Of a stretch of DNA of 64,000 bases, positions 50,755 to 60,204 are shown in pieces (the stretch's first letter is position 1; each line of letters begins with the position of its first letter). Both the position numbers and the translations under genes were made by a program. The notes beneath the pieces are model-generated. The model worked only from the letters and a program-made list of their open reading frames with translations. It was not told the DNA's origin and searched no databases. This DNA is from an uncultured Gammaproteobacteria bacterium (GTDB lineage: Bacteria > Patescibacteriota > Microgenomatia > UBA8517), in NCBI GenBank assembly GCA_964599625.1, contig CAZRGC010000004.1, forward strand, positions 75,705 to 139,704, in the 5' to 3' direction.

Positions 50755-51209
50755 ATGAGCGCTCTAAAATGGGTGTTGGCATTTTTTATACTGATATTTA
50801 TAAGTCTTTCCGGTTACTACCTATACACAAAAATAAGTACACCAAAACCAACCGTTTCGGCTGTAGTGATGAACCTAGGGAGATTCCCTCTGCTCCACCC
50901 AAATTGACAACAAGTCAGGTGGCCTACCGTGTTGATGACTTTTTTAGTTCTAATTTAAATCCTGGTGAAACTTTTACCATCCAAGGTCAACTTCAAAGTG
51001 CGCAACCCGAGTTGATTAATATAAATGGCATCGATTTTGTTTTTGTGATGGGAGTTGTTAGAACCGATAAAACCATGGTCAGAATTCATTTTACTCAAGA
51101 GGAATATGATTATGTCGATCCTGTCTTACGAGAGGGTGTTTGGACACACCAGAATGTTTCAATCAGTATTACAGAAGGCAACTACGAAATCCGTCACCTT
51201 GGAGAATAA
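50755..51209 (+). pseudogene. paralogue of 49128-49592, frameshifted near 50860
   Basis: ATG 50755 encodes the anchor MSALKWVLAFFILIFISLSGYYLY but that frame stops at ~50907; the conserved body is in another frame. Confidence 0.65.
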
Positions 51210-52264
51210 TCTTCATTTTCTTCCAGGCCTATGCTTATGAACCAAAGCCACATGAAGCCTATTACTATGTAGTTTGGTGTAAACATTAAAATAAACAGAA
51301 TTGATAGTTGGACCGACTTAATAAAGATTTTCTCTTGGTTCGCAGAAATCAAGTTTTTATAAACAGCCACAATCCAGACTATAAATGGCAGTGAAAACAC
51401 CCCCAATGCCGAAATCATCTCTAAAAGTATGTTGTGAGCAAAATTAGTTGAATTACTAACCAGAGCAAACCTGCCTATTCCAGTCCCCAGCGGATACTTG
51501 GATAAACCAACAATCGACTCTAAAAAGTATGGCCTAGAAAAAAGTATTGATTTAAATGATCCGAAAACCAGAAAAAAAAGCGATAAGCTGATTAAAATAT
51601 ATGGAAAATATTTATTAAGTGTTTTTGTTTTTGACATGTAAAATAGATACAGAATTGACGTGACTACAGACAGCACTGCAGACCTGGAGAAAGAAACGCC
51701 AATAAAAAAAATTCCAACAACTGTTATTGCTAGTTTAGTTAGGTTTAATCCATGTCTATATCCGAATATTGTTGCTACAACAACGACTGCCCACAGATCA
51801 CCGACATTGCTATGTTTAATGGTGTCGGTCGGAGGAGCGAAGAGTGTTGAAAGACTTGGCAAGTCAAAAGTTACGAATTGAGAAATAAAATACATCCCCC
51901 CCATAAGTAAACCTAGGGCAACAAGCAAGTTGCTGTAGAAATTCCTAAATACCTCGTTAAAATTACTAGCCAGCAGTATGAAAACAATACCTGAAAAGTA
52001 GATGTAAAAATAGTAAAAATCACCCTTTGTGGTCAATGTGTGAATTCCTGCAACCAAAATAAATACAAGATAAATCCAAAAAGAGTTTTGTATTTTTACC
52101 TTACCTTCAATTAAGATTTTGATTCCCAAAAGAATCGTGCCAATGATGATTCCCGAAAACAAGACAATTTCTCTGAAGATACCAAAAGAACCAAGCATTA
52201 TCAAAACAGAAACTATTATAAATGTCAGGCCATCAAACGTTTTCATTTGGAGCGTTCTTGTCAT
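51194..52264 (-). CDS. O-antigen ligase/Wzy-like membrane protein, copy 3
   Basis: SFSRSA, SRPYF, GTGIGRF, AHNILLE. Confidence 0.82.
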   Translation of the reverse strand: MTRTLQMKTFDGLTFIIVSVLIMLGSFGIFREIVLFSGIIIGTILLGIKILIEGKVKIQNSFWIYLVFILVAGIHTLTTKGDFYYFYIYFSGIVFILLASNFNEVFRNFYSNLLVALGLLMGGMYFISQFVTFDLPSLSTLFAPPTDTIKHSNVGDLWAVVVVATIFGYRHGLNLTKLAITVVGIFFIGVSFSRSAVLSVVTSILYLFYMSKTKTLNKYFPYILISLSLFFLVFGSFKSILFSRPYFLESIVGLSKYPLGTGIGRFALVSNSTNFAHNILLEMISALGVFSLPFIVWIVAVYKNLISANQEKIFIKSVQLSILFILMFTPNYIVIGFMWLWFISIGLEENEDYSPR

Positions 52265-52275
52265 CCTAACTTAGT

Positions 52276-53226
52276 TTACCTTAATTTTTTATACCAGTCC
52301 CAAGCCCTGTAGATCCCCTTATGCAGCTGCGTTTTTGGTTTGTACCCAATTGTTCTTGCGGCAAGTCCAATGTCTGCATAGGAGTCTTTAATATCACCTA
52401 TTCTTTGCGGTCTTTGCTCAACATCGAGTTTTGTTTTTGTGACTTTTTCAATCAAATCTTTGACTTGTAACAAGTTAAGGTTTTTACTACTACCAATGTT
52501 CAAAGCAATACCCCTTAGCGGTTTTTTGCAAATCATGGCTTTATAATTGGCATCGACAACGTCATCTACAAAGCAAAAATCCCTTGTTTGAGTTCCATCA
52601 CCTTCCAAATATCCTGATTTACTCTTCTTTGACAAAGTGTCTAGCCAGGCCGATATGACTGTGGAATATGGGGAGTCACCAAACTGCCCAGGTCCGTAAA
52701 CAGAAAAATATCTTAGTGATACTGTGTCCAAACCATATATATTTGAATATATCTTGCAATACTTTTCGGAAGTGTATTTTTGCAAAGCATATGGAGAGGT
52801 AAAATCTTTGCCCGCTTCGTCTTCGGGTGTGGGTATACTCTTTGTGTTTCCATAGACCGATGAAGATGAAGAATAAATAAATCTTTTGACTCCGTATTTT
52901 TTGGATTTATCTAAAAGATTTATTGTTCCATTTATATTAACGGACGCAGTAATTACCGGCTCCTTAATTGAAAATGAAACTCTTGGCAATGCTGCAAAAT
53001 GGAACACATATTCTGGTTTGTGTTTTTTAAAAATATAATCAGTTTTTCTGGAATCCAAAATTGAGGCCTTGTAAAAGATTGATTTTGGGTTGACTGAAGT
53101 TTTTTTTCCTGTTGATAAATCGTCTATGCCTACAACCGTTGCTGAAGGATTTTTTTTAATAAAATAATTTACAAAATTACTGCCGATAAATCCTGCCGAT
53201 CCTGTGACCAAAATACGTTTAGGCAT
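52276..53226 (-). CDS. NAD-dependent UDP-sugar epimerase
   Basis: TGSAGFIG, YALQK, RYFSVYGP, TRDF. Confidence 0.92.
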   Translation of the reverse strand: MPKRILVTGSAGFIGSNFVNYFIKKNPSATVVGIDDLSTGKKTSVNPKSIFYKASILDSRKTDYIFKKHKPEYVFHFAALPRVSFSIKEPVITASVNINGTINLLDKSKKYGVKRFIYSSSSSVYGNTKSIPTPEDEAGKDFTSPYALQKYTSEKYCKIYSNIYGLDTVSLRYFSVYGPGQFGDSPYSTVISAWLDTLSKKSKSGYLEGDGTQTRDFCFVDDVVDANYKAMICKKPLRGIALNIGSSKNLNLLQVKDLIEKVTKTKLDVEQRPQRIGDIKDSYADIGLAARTIGYKPKTQLHKGIYRAWDWYKKLR

Positions 53227-53282
53227 TTTTATTTTTTGATTATATCAGAACCTAATAATCCCCTATCTGGTAAACTAATGTA

Positions 53283-54095
53283 ATGAAACTTAAAAAGCAT
53301 TTTCTAGTATATTTTCTGATTTTTTTATTTGTTATTTTGACCTCAGAAATATTTTATTCTTTTAAAAACCGGACTCTTTTTTTGGAAAGAATTTTTTTTC
53401 AGCTGGTTTACTCAAACACACGTTTTGAGGACACGCTCATTAAAGTTGTACCAGATTTGTATACAAAGTCATATCTTAGTTACCTAAAAGACATAACTTT
53501 AGAAGAAACAGCATATGGGTGTAAGCCCTTGTGTGTTTCTTATGTTGAATCTCTCAATTTGCTTAAGACTTTCCAAAAAATCGAAAACACTAAGATTTTT
53601 GAATTAACCGACTTGCAATCAAAATCCGAATATTATTACTTGATGGCAACAGCCGCTGTCAGAGTCGATTTTCATACCGCAAGCATATATCTAGATAAGT
53701 CGTTGGAATATTTTCCTCAAAATTCAAAATCGTTAAAGTTTAAAAATCAAATTAATACAATTTTTCAGATATTTCACGATTTAAACGCCAGAAATGATGT
53801 AGATGTGTGGTTGCAAGCAAATCCTGAAACACTTATGCAGTTCGAGAGAGATTACTTAGCTTTTGCCGCAAATGAATTGGGTGGTTTATATGACGTTGGT
53901 TCACTAAAATCTTTAAACTATTTCGAAATTGCAGTTAATTTGAACCCTTGGAATGAAGAATATTACATGGATTTGTACAACGCTTACAAGGTCAAAAAAG
54001 ACCAAGGTGTTTTAACGGTTCTTGAAAAGTGCATAGAAAAATTAGGATCTGATGCCGGGCGTTGTTTATCGGAAAAAAATACTCTCAAACGTTGA
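53283..54095 (+). CDS. membrane-anchored TPR-like helical protein
   Basis: N-terminal TM; LDKSLEYFP and FEIAVNLNPW TPR-like ends. Confidence 0.6.
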   Translation: MKLKKHFLVYFLIFLFVILTSEIFYSFKNRTLFLERIFFQLVYSNTRFEDTLIKVVPDLYTKSYLSYLKDITLEETAYGCKPLCVSYVESLNLLKTFQKIENTKIFELTDLQSKSEYYYLMATAAVRVDFHTASIYLDKSLEYFPQNSKSLKFKNQINTIFQIFHDLNARNDVDVWLQANPETLMQFERDYLAFAANELGGLYDVGSLKSLNYFEIAVNLNPWNEEYYMDLYNAYKVKKDQGVLTVLEKCIEKLGSDAGRCLSEKNTLKR

Positions 54096-54809
54096 TCTAA
54101 AATACTCTTTAATAAATATTAAATTCGCTAAAGTATATCTTTTGAAAAGTCTATTGGGTTCTTGAAAAAACCTAAAAACCCATTCCAAATACATTTTACG
54201 TATTATTAGCGGAGCTCTCCTTTTTGTGCCGGCAATATAATGGAAAACTCCCCCAACTCCCATATACAAAGCGTTCGGAAGACTTTTCAAATTCTTTTGG
54301 ATCCAATACTCCTGGTATGGCACTCCCATTCCAACAAAAACCAAATTCGGTTTTTTTCTATTCAAATCACTTAATAAATTTAAATTTTGTTTTTTGCTGG
54401 GAAAACCATTATGAAAACCGGATATATTAATTTTCGGATAACGTTTTCTTATAGCTCCTACAGTTTTTTCGATAACTGGCTGTTCACACCCAATTAGATA
54501 AATTTTTAAATGATGTTTTGATATTTGTTTTAGTAAATCAAAAATAAAATCTCCCACGTTCAACCTTGAATCTAATTTTTGTGGAAGATGAAGTGAGGCA
54601 AGAACTGGTCCCCAGCCATCGGGGTAAATTATTTTAGATGTGTTGATTATCTTGCGATACCTTTTATTTTTAAGATAAGTAACAACACCATAGGCATTCA
54701 TATTGCTTATCAATGTTTTACTATTTTTCTTTGAGTAGAAAATAATTTTATCAAAGAGCTCTTCTTTATCAATTCTGTTAAACGGTACCTTGCCAAATAT
54801 TTTAATCAT
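54066..54809 (-). CDS. WecB/TagA/CpsF family glycosyltransferase
   Basis: PDGWG, VGMGVPYQE, GVGG, RAP, LEWVFRFFQEPNRL. Confidence 0.93.
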   Translation of the reverse strand: MIKIFGKVPFNRIDKEELFDKIIFYSKKNSKTLISNMNAYGVVTYLKNKRYRKIINTSKIIYPDGWGPVLASLHLPQKLDSRLNVGDFIFDLLKQISKHHLKIYLIGCEQPVIEKTVGAIRKRYPKINISGFHNGFPSKKQNLNLLSDLNRKKPNLVFVGMGVPYQEYWIQKNLKSLPNALYMGVGGVFHYIAGTKRRAPLIIRKMYLEWVFRFFQEPNRLFKRYTLANLIFIKEYFRSTFESIFFR

Positions 54810-55929
54810 TTAAAATTTTTGCTGAATACATGCGTATATTTTTGACAAAGACTTCACTCGAAAACTTTTTGGAATAATTCCATATGTATTTGTAACTAAA
54901 CTTGGTTTGTGAAAATTTAATGAGTGCTTTTTGCAATGCCGCTTCGGATAAATCGTAAAAGAATATGCCAGTCTTGCCAGGAATGATTGTCTCTTTGTGA
55001 CCTCCGGAATAATATGCTATAGAAGGCTTGCCATATCCTGCCGCTTCTGCAATTGTCATCCCAAAGTCCTCGTCTGAAGTTGCGACGATAAGTGCCTTGG
55101 ATTTTTTGTAAATGTTATTAAGATGTGAGTCATTAACCTCACCCAAAAATTCAATATTATTCGCCCCAAAAGCCAGTTTTTGTAGTCTCCTTTTTTCTTT
55201 GCCTCCCCCGACTATTTTTAGATTCAAATCGGTATTTTTGAATGTTTTTATTATTAGATCGACATTTTTATATTTAACAAGTCTGCTAACTACCAAAAAA
55301 TAATCACCTCTTTCGTAGGGTTTTTTTTGTGCTGGGCATGGTGGATTGATTACCACTGAGCCTCGTTTGTAAATGTTTTTGATTCTTTTGGAAACGTTTT
55401 TTGAGTTTGCAATAAATAAGTCAACTTTTTCATTGCTTTTTTTGTCAAATACTTCTAGATAAGTGTTCACAATATTCAAAATAAAACCAAACGCTTTTGT
55501 TTCCAACCCAGATTCTGTTGACAACCCGTAAATAAATCTGGGAGGTGTATGGCAGTAGCATATATGTTTTGTTTTGTCTGAAATTGGAATTGATTTAGAT
55601 ATGTTTGAACCAGATGAAGATATAACCAAATCAAATTTCTTTGTGTCAAAGAATCTCCACACCAAAGGCAGAATAGGTCTATACAAAAGCGGGTATCTGC
55701 GGAGTAATGGAATATTTTGAACCCATGATGTTATGATGTTCGCTGTTTTAAAATTATCCATGAAGCTACCCATTCTTTGGTAGTCAATTGAAGCTACAAA
55801 TATAGGTGCGGAAGGAAATGTCTTGTGAAGTTCCTTAAGAACCCTTTCACCTCCTCCAAATGTTCTCAGGTAATCATGGGCAATAGCTACTCTTTTATTT
55901 TTTAATATTGTGTATGAAGTCGAGCTCAT
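54802..55929 (-). CDS. glycosyltransferase family 4 (WbaZ-like)
   Basis: HDYL..FGGGERV, YCHTPPR, EDFGMTIAEA. Confidence 0.92.
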   Translation of the reverse strand: MSSTSYTILKNKRVAIAHDYLRTFGGGERVLKELHKTFPSAPIFVASIDYQRMGSFMDNFKTANIITSWVQNIPLLRRYPLLYRPILPLVWRFFDTKKFDLVISSSGSNISKSIPISDKTKHICYCHTPPRFIYGLSTESGLETKAFGFILNIVNTYLEVFDKKSNEKVDLFIANSKNVSKRIKNIYKRGSVVINPPCPAQKKPYERGDYFLVVSRLVKYKNVDLIIKTFKNTDLNLKIVGGGKEKRRLQKLAFGANNIEFLGEVNDSHLNNIYKKSKALIVATSDEDFGMTIAEAAGYGKPSIAYYSGGHKETIIPGKTGIFFYDLSEAALQKALIKFSQTKFSYKYIWNYSKKFSSEVFVKNIRMYSAKILND

Positions 55930-55937
55930 AAAAACAC

Positions 55938-57950
55938 TTAGAAAAGATTTTCTCCTTGCATGCCGTCAGGTTTTTCAAGACCGGCAGTCACAAGAATTGA
56001 TGGGGCAACATCAATAATGTTGGGATTGTCTTTTTTAATTTCTTTGTTGGATAAAATTACACCCGGGACCAGCGACGCGTCTATTAGATGATCACCGCTC
56101 CATTTACTGTGCCTTTTTAAAATTATATTCTTTGGGGTTGATCCGACTGCAGTGTCCCAAGATGCCCTGATTCCCGATGCGTACCCCAAAATTAAATCTG
56201 GAGCGTTGGGGTCGGTGATATTTAAATCTTTTTTGTCGTACAAACGTTTAAAAATAAACTTTCCTGTAAAAGGGTTTTTGTATTTTAATAAAGATTTTTT
56301 TAGGTTATCCAAAATCTGCGCTTCTTCTGACTCACTAACTGTGCCGCGACTTTCTCTGGTCTTTTTATTTAAATAAAGACTGTTATAACCAACTGCATAA
56401 GCATTTGTTTTTTCCCAGTTAACTCCTTCAAGCATTTCTCCACCTGAAGCCAAACCATTTTCCAGAGATAAAAAACCGTTATTTGCCAACCAAGAGTTGA
56501 GATTGAATTCATAGTCAAATTCTGTAAATCCATGGTCCGATAAAACAATAACAGTATCGCTCTCAGTAACATACTCGTTTAAAATTTTACCCAAAAGACT
56601 ATCCATTTTTACGTAATAGTCTAATATCGTATTTTTATATGGTGACTTTTTGTCGTTTCGGTATCTCCAAAACATATGCTGGATTGTGTCCGTCATGCCA
56701 AGATAACCCACAAATACACCTTTCTTTTGCTTGTCCAAAGTGTCAAACAAAATACGGGACCTTTCGTCAATCGTTTGATCAACCTGTTTTAAAAACGCTT
56801 CTTCGTCTAATATGTCTTCTTCCAGTGCCCAAGTATCGTGCGGCAGTCCTAGTGTCGAGAATGTTCCATTCTCTTTTGCAACTTGAGAAGAGAAATTTTT
56901 TGGAAAAGATATGTCAAAGACTGGTCTTTCCGGGTCGATGTTGATTGGACTCAAATATAATTCAAGATCTGGGTTTTGTGATTTAAGGTAGAACATTCCA
57001 ACCCCATGGATTTTTGTAAAAAAATCCAACTTGAACTCAAATTTTATCCAAGGCGACCACTCGCCTTCTTTGAGTTTAAATTTTTGATTTTGAACATCTA
57101 CTTCAATAAAACCGTCTTTAGCGTTTCGCTTTACATCGACTTTCAAGTTTGAGGTTTTGGTTTCTGTGAGACCGTTGTATTTTGGACCCGGGACAGTAAC
57201 TGTAATTTTTTCTGAGTTAGTGACTGGTACAATATTCCCTCTCCAGTTGTCGGTTTTTGAAACTTTTTTAGACGTAATTAGGGTAAATGTCCCCTCCGTT
57301 CCTGTGATATCTGGGGTGCCCATTCCCGAGAGCATTGATCCGGCAAGCTTTTGAGAAGGGTAGGTGTCTGGTAAAAACAACACATTAACAGGAATGTTGC
57401 TCTTGGAGAGATATTCCCAAAACTTTGGAATGCTCAGGAATTTTTTTTCTTTAGAGAAGACGAGAGACGGTTCGTATGTTTCTTGGTCACGTACAATAAA
57501 GTCGTATATGTGGTGTTCGCTTGGGTTTGTTCCAGTTATAAAACTTGCCCAGGCAACCGGGGACTGAGGGGGCGTAGTTGTTTGTAATTTTTTATAGCTT
57601 CCCGTTGATTTGAGTTTGGCGAAGTTGGGTAGCTTGTTTGCTTTTATTCCCTCGTCAATGATTTTGGGATCCATGCCGTCAAAACCCAAGACAACAACCT
57701 TCTTGTTTAAGTTATTTGAATCGTTATTTTTGGATTTTTGCATATTAAAAATGAAAATAAATATAACAACTAAGATAATAACAAATAAAACGAGATTTCG
57801 TTTTCTAAAAAATTTACCGGCAAGTAGTACAAGTGGACTTGCAATGGCCATTATATATCCCAATAGAGTTGAAATGGCGGTTCCATATACTACTCCACTC
57901 CCCGGGTCGAGGTATGTTAACACTCCTAGTTGTAAGTTTTTGTTAGACAT
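55938..57950 (-). CDS. alkaline phosphatase superfamily / type I phosphodiesterase with N-terminal YLDPGSG membrane segment
   Basis: GFDGMD, PPQSPVAWASF, DTIQHMFW, SDHGF, WSGDH. Confidence 0.88.
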   Translation of the reverse strand: MSNKNLQLGVLTYLDPGSGVVYGTAISTLLGYIMAIASPLVLLAGKFFRKRNLVLFVIILVVIFIFIFNMQKSKNNDSNNLNKKVVVLGFDGMDPKIIDEGIKANKLPNFAKLKSTGSYKKLQTTTPPQSPVAWASFITGTNPSEHHIYDFIVRDQETYEPSLVFSKEKKFLSIPKFWEYLSKSNIPVNVLFLPDTYPSQKLAGSMLSGMGTPDITGTEGTFTLITSKKVSKTDNWRGNIVPVTNSEKITVTVPGPKYNGLTETKTSNLKVDVKRNAKDGFIEVDVQNQKFKLKEGEWSPWIKFEFKLDFFTKIHGVGMFYLKSQNPDLELYLSPINIDPERPVFDISFPKNFSSQVAKENGTFSTLGLPHDTWALEEDILDEEAFLKQVDQTIDERSRILFDTLDKQKKGVFVGYLGMTDTIQHMFWRYRNDKKSPYKNTILDYYVKMDSLLGKILNEYVTESDTVIVLSDHGFTEFDYEFNLNSWLANNGFLSLENGLASGGEMLEGVNWEKTNAYAVGYNSLYLNKKTRESRGTVSESEEAQILDNLKKSLLKYKNPFTGKFIFKRLYDKKDLNITDPNAPDLILGYASGIRASWDTAVGSTPKNIILKRHSKWSGDHLIDASLVPGVILSNKEIKKDNPNIIDVAPSILVTAGLEKPDGMQGENLF

Positions 57951-58009
57951 AATAGATAGACCAAGTTATACACACGTATTATAATTTAAAACTGTTATTG
58001 TTTGATTAC

Positions 58010-58690
58010 ATGATTAACAAAACACTCGACAAAAAAGTAGAGTTTGCAAAAAATATAATTGACAAGGCTTCCAACAGATTCAATTTGGATAAAACGGTTG
58101 TAGCTTGGACGGGTGGTAAAGATTCAACGGTGGTTTTACATTTGATAAGGCAAATGTATGGTTCGGTAAAGTTCCCTGTTATGTTTAACGACTCAACCCT
58201 TGAGTTTCCTGAAATTTACGAATTTATCGAAAAGATTTCCAGGAGCTGGAACCTGGAGCTTGTAATTGAACGCCATGACTCAAGCCTTTTAGCAAAATAT
58301 GAAGCATCTAAATCAAAATCCGAAAAATTCATGCTTTTAAGGGAAATGAAAATAAAAGCCCTTAAAGATTTTCAGTCCAGGAATTCGATAGAGGCATATA
58401 TTGTGGGAATACGATGGGATGAACATCCTTCAAGATCCAGAGAAAAGTTTTTTTCTACAAGGGAAAACCACACCAGGGTGCATCCGATATTGGATTTTAC
58501 AGAAAAAGATATTTGGGACTATATACACAAATTTGATGTGCCGTATGTGAATCTTTACGATCAGGGCTACAGGTCACTTGGAGAAAAACCGCTGACTAAA
58601 AAGGCTTTGCCAGGTGAAGGTGAGAGATCCGGTAGAGAAAGGAAAAAGGAAGACAAAATGTCCAAACTTCGAAATATGGGTTATTGGTAA
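58010..58690 (+). CDS. PAPS reductase/CysD family protein (cysteine-free, CysD-like)
   Basis: WTGGKDS PP-loop, GIRWDE, RVHPIL, GYRSLG, ERSGR; start may be 57998. Confidence 0.85.
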   Translation: MINKTLDKKVEFAKNIIDKASNRFNLDKTVVAWTGGKDSTVVLHLIRQMYGSVKFPVMFNDSTLEFPEIYEFIEKISRSWNLELVIERHDSSLLAKYEASKSKSEKFMLLREMKIKALKDFQSRNSIEAYIVGIRWDEHPSRSREKFFSTRENHTRVHPILDFTEKDIWDYIHKFDVPYVNLYDQGYRSLGEKPLTKKALPGEGERSGRERKKEDKMSKLRNMGYW

Positions 58691-60193
58691 TTAGTAACCC
58701 AGGCTTTTTAGTTTTTCCAATTCCTCTGCTTCATCTTCCGGTCTCAAGTGCGACTTTGGTAACTCATACTGGTCAAACTTGTCATAAAGCATAGTTTTCA
58801 GATCAAAGTGAACGCGGCCTTTTTCGTAAAGCAGATTAGTTTTTTCTTCCGGGTCCAACTTAATATTAAAAAGCTCCTCGTTTCGGGCCGAATCGTAGCA
58901 ATTTTCTTTGTCTGCATAAAATATATATTTATAGTCACCTTTTATAACTGCGTAGTTCTGAAAAGCCTCAAAAAAAGCCGTCTTCCTTTTACCTTGGAAA
59001 ATATTTGTAAATGTAGTCTTTATAAACTTGTCAAACGGAACGCTGTCTAGGTAGGTTTTATCAATATTCAGCCCCAAAAGGTTTGTTAATGTAGAGATAA
59101 CGTCAGTATTAAGGACCATCTGAGAAACATTGCTCCCTTTACTTTTTGGATGTTTTACAATCAAAGGTATTTTAATGTGGCTTTGGTATGCGGTTCCTCC
59201 GTGAGTGTAGAAATAGTCATGATCAAACCCTTCACCGTGATCACCATAGAAAAGCACGATTGTATTCTTATCTAACCCCAAATCTTTGAGGGCCATAAAA
59301 ATTTTCCCCATTTGTTCATCGTCGGCTTTTATCTCGCCATCATATAGTGAACTATAAACATCCAAATTTGGGGGTGGAGTTTCTGGATTGCAGCCTTTCA
59401 ATACTGTTTTTTGCGGTTGAGCTTGGGTAACGTAATTCAGTCGTTCTTTTTCCCATTGTTCGTAGCTTTTTGAATCTATCTTTTTGCAAACAGGTGAATT
59501 TTCCAGACATCTGTATTTATATTTGGGGGAATAGGGTCCGTGTGGATCCGCGAGATGTACCCACAAAAAGAACTTCTGTTTACCGGCACCTTTTAACCAA
59601 CTGATTGCATCGTTAACAAGTGTCTCATGGTCTTGGTCAGAGCTGCTCCAGGATGGGTAAGATCTGTAATTGCGAAAATCGTTACTGAAGTTTTTGGCAC
59701 TTGGTGAAAGCACGCTGTTTGCAACGAATGCTGCAGTTTTGTACCCATGTCTTGTTAAAACCTCGGGAATTGTGAGTGTCCTGGGACTTAGAAAAAAACT
59801 TTCGTTGGAGATGATCCTGGTTTGGTATGGGTGCTTTCCTGTAAACAAGGCCGTAAAAGAAGGAACTGTTAATGGGGACACTGTGTAGGCATTATTGAAC
59901 ACAGTCGCATCTTTAGACCATTCGTCAATATTGGGTGTTGTTCCTCCTTGATAGCCATAAACACCCATACGGTCTTGTCTAAGTGTGTCTACTGACAGGA
60001 TTATCACGTTGTATCCGTTTCCATCCTTATTCTTAAAAAATCTTGTATAAATATAAGAAACCAAAAAGCCGACTAAAAAAATACTTGCAAAAAGCAAAGA
60101 CCATTTAACAAAAGGATTTTTATAAATTTTGAAGAATGACTTGACCAAGTGTTGCTTCATATTCAAAAAAACATAAGATTGAGTATACTTCAA
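58691..60193 (-). CDS. sulfatase-like hydrolase/transferase
   Basis: VDTLRQD, TPNID, TVPSF, DPHGPY, GDHGE, C-terminal LKSLGY. Confidence 0.88.
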   Translation of the reverse strand: MKYTQSYVFLNMKQHLVKSFFKIYKNPFVKWSLLFASIFLVGFLVSYIYTRFFKNKDGNGYNVIILSVDTLRQDRMGVYGYQGGTTPNIDEWSKDATVFNNAYTVSPLTVPSFTALFTGKHPYQTRIISNESFFLSPRTLTIPEVLTRHGYKTAAFVANSVLSPSAKNFSNDFRNYRSYPSWSSSDQDHETLVNDAISWLKGAGKQKFFLWVHLADPHGPYSPKYKYRCLENSPVCKKIDSKSYEQWEKERLNYVTQAQPQKTVLKGCNPETPPPNLDVYSSLYDGEIKADDEQMGKIFMALKDLGLDKNTIVLFYGDHGEGFDHDYFYTHGGTAYQSHIKIPLIVKHPKSKGSNVSQMVLNTDVISTLTNLLGLNIDKTYLDSVPFDKFIKTTFTNIFQGKRKTAFFEAFQNYAVIKGDYKYIFYADKENCYDSARNEELFNIKLDPEEKTNLLYEKGRVHFDLKTMLYDKFDQYELPKSHLRPEDEAEELEKLKSLGY

Positions 60194-60204
60194 TTATAAA
60201 TTTA

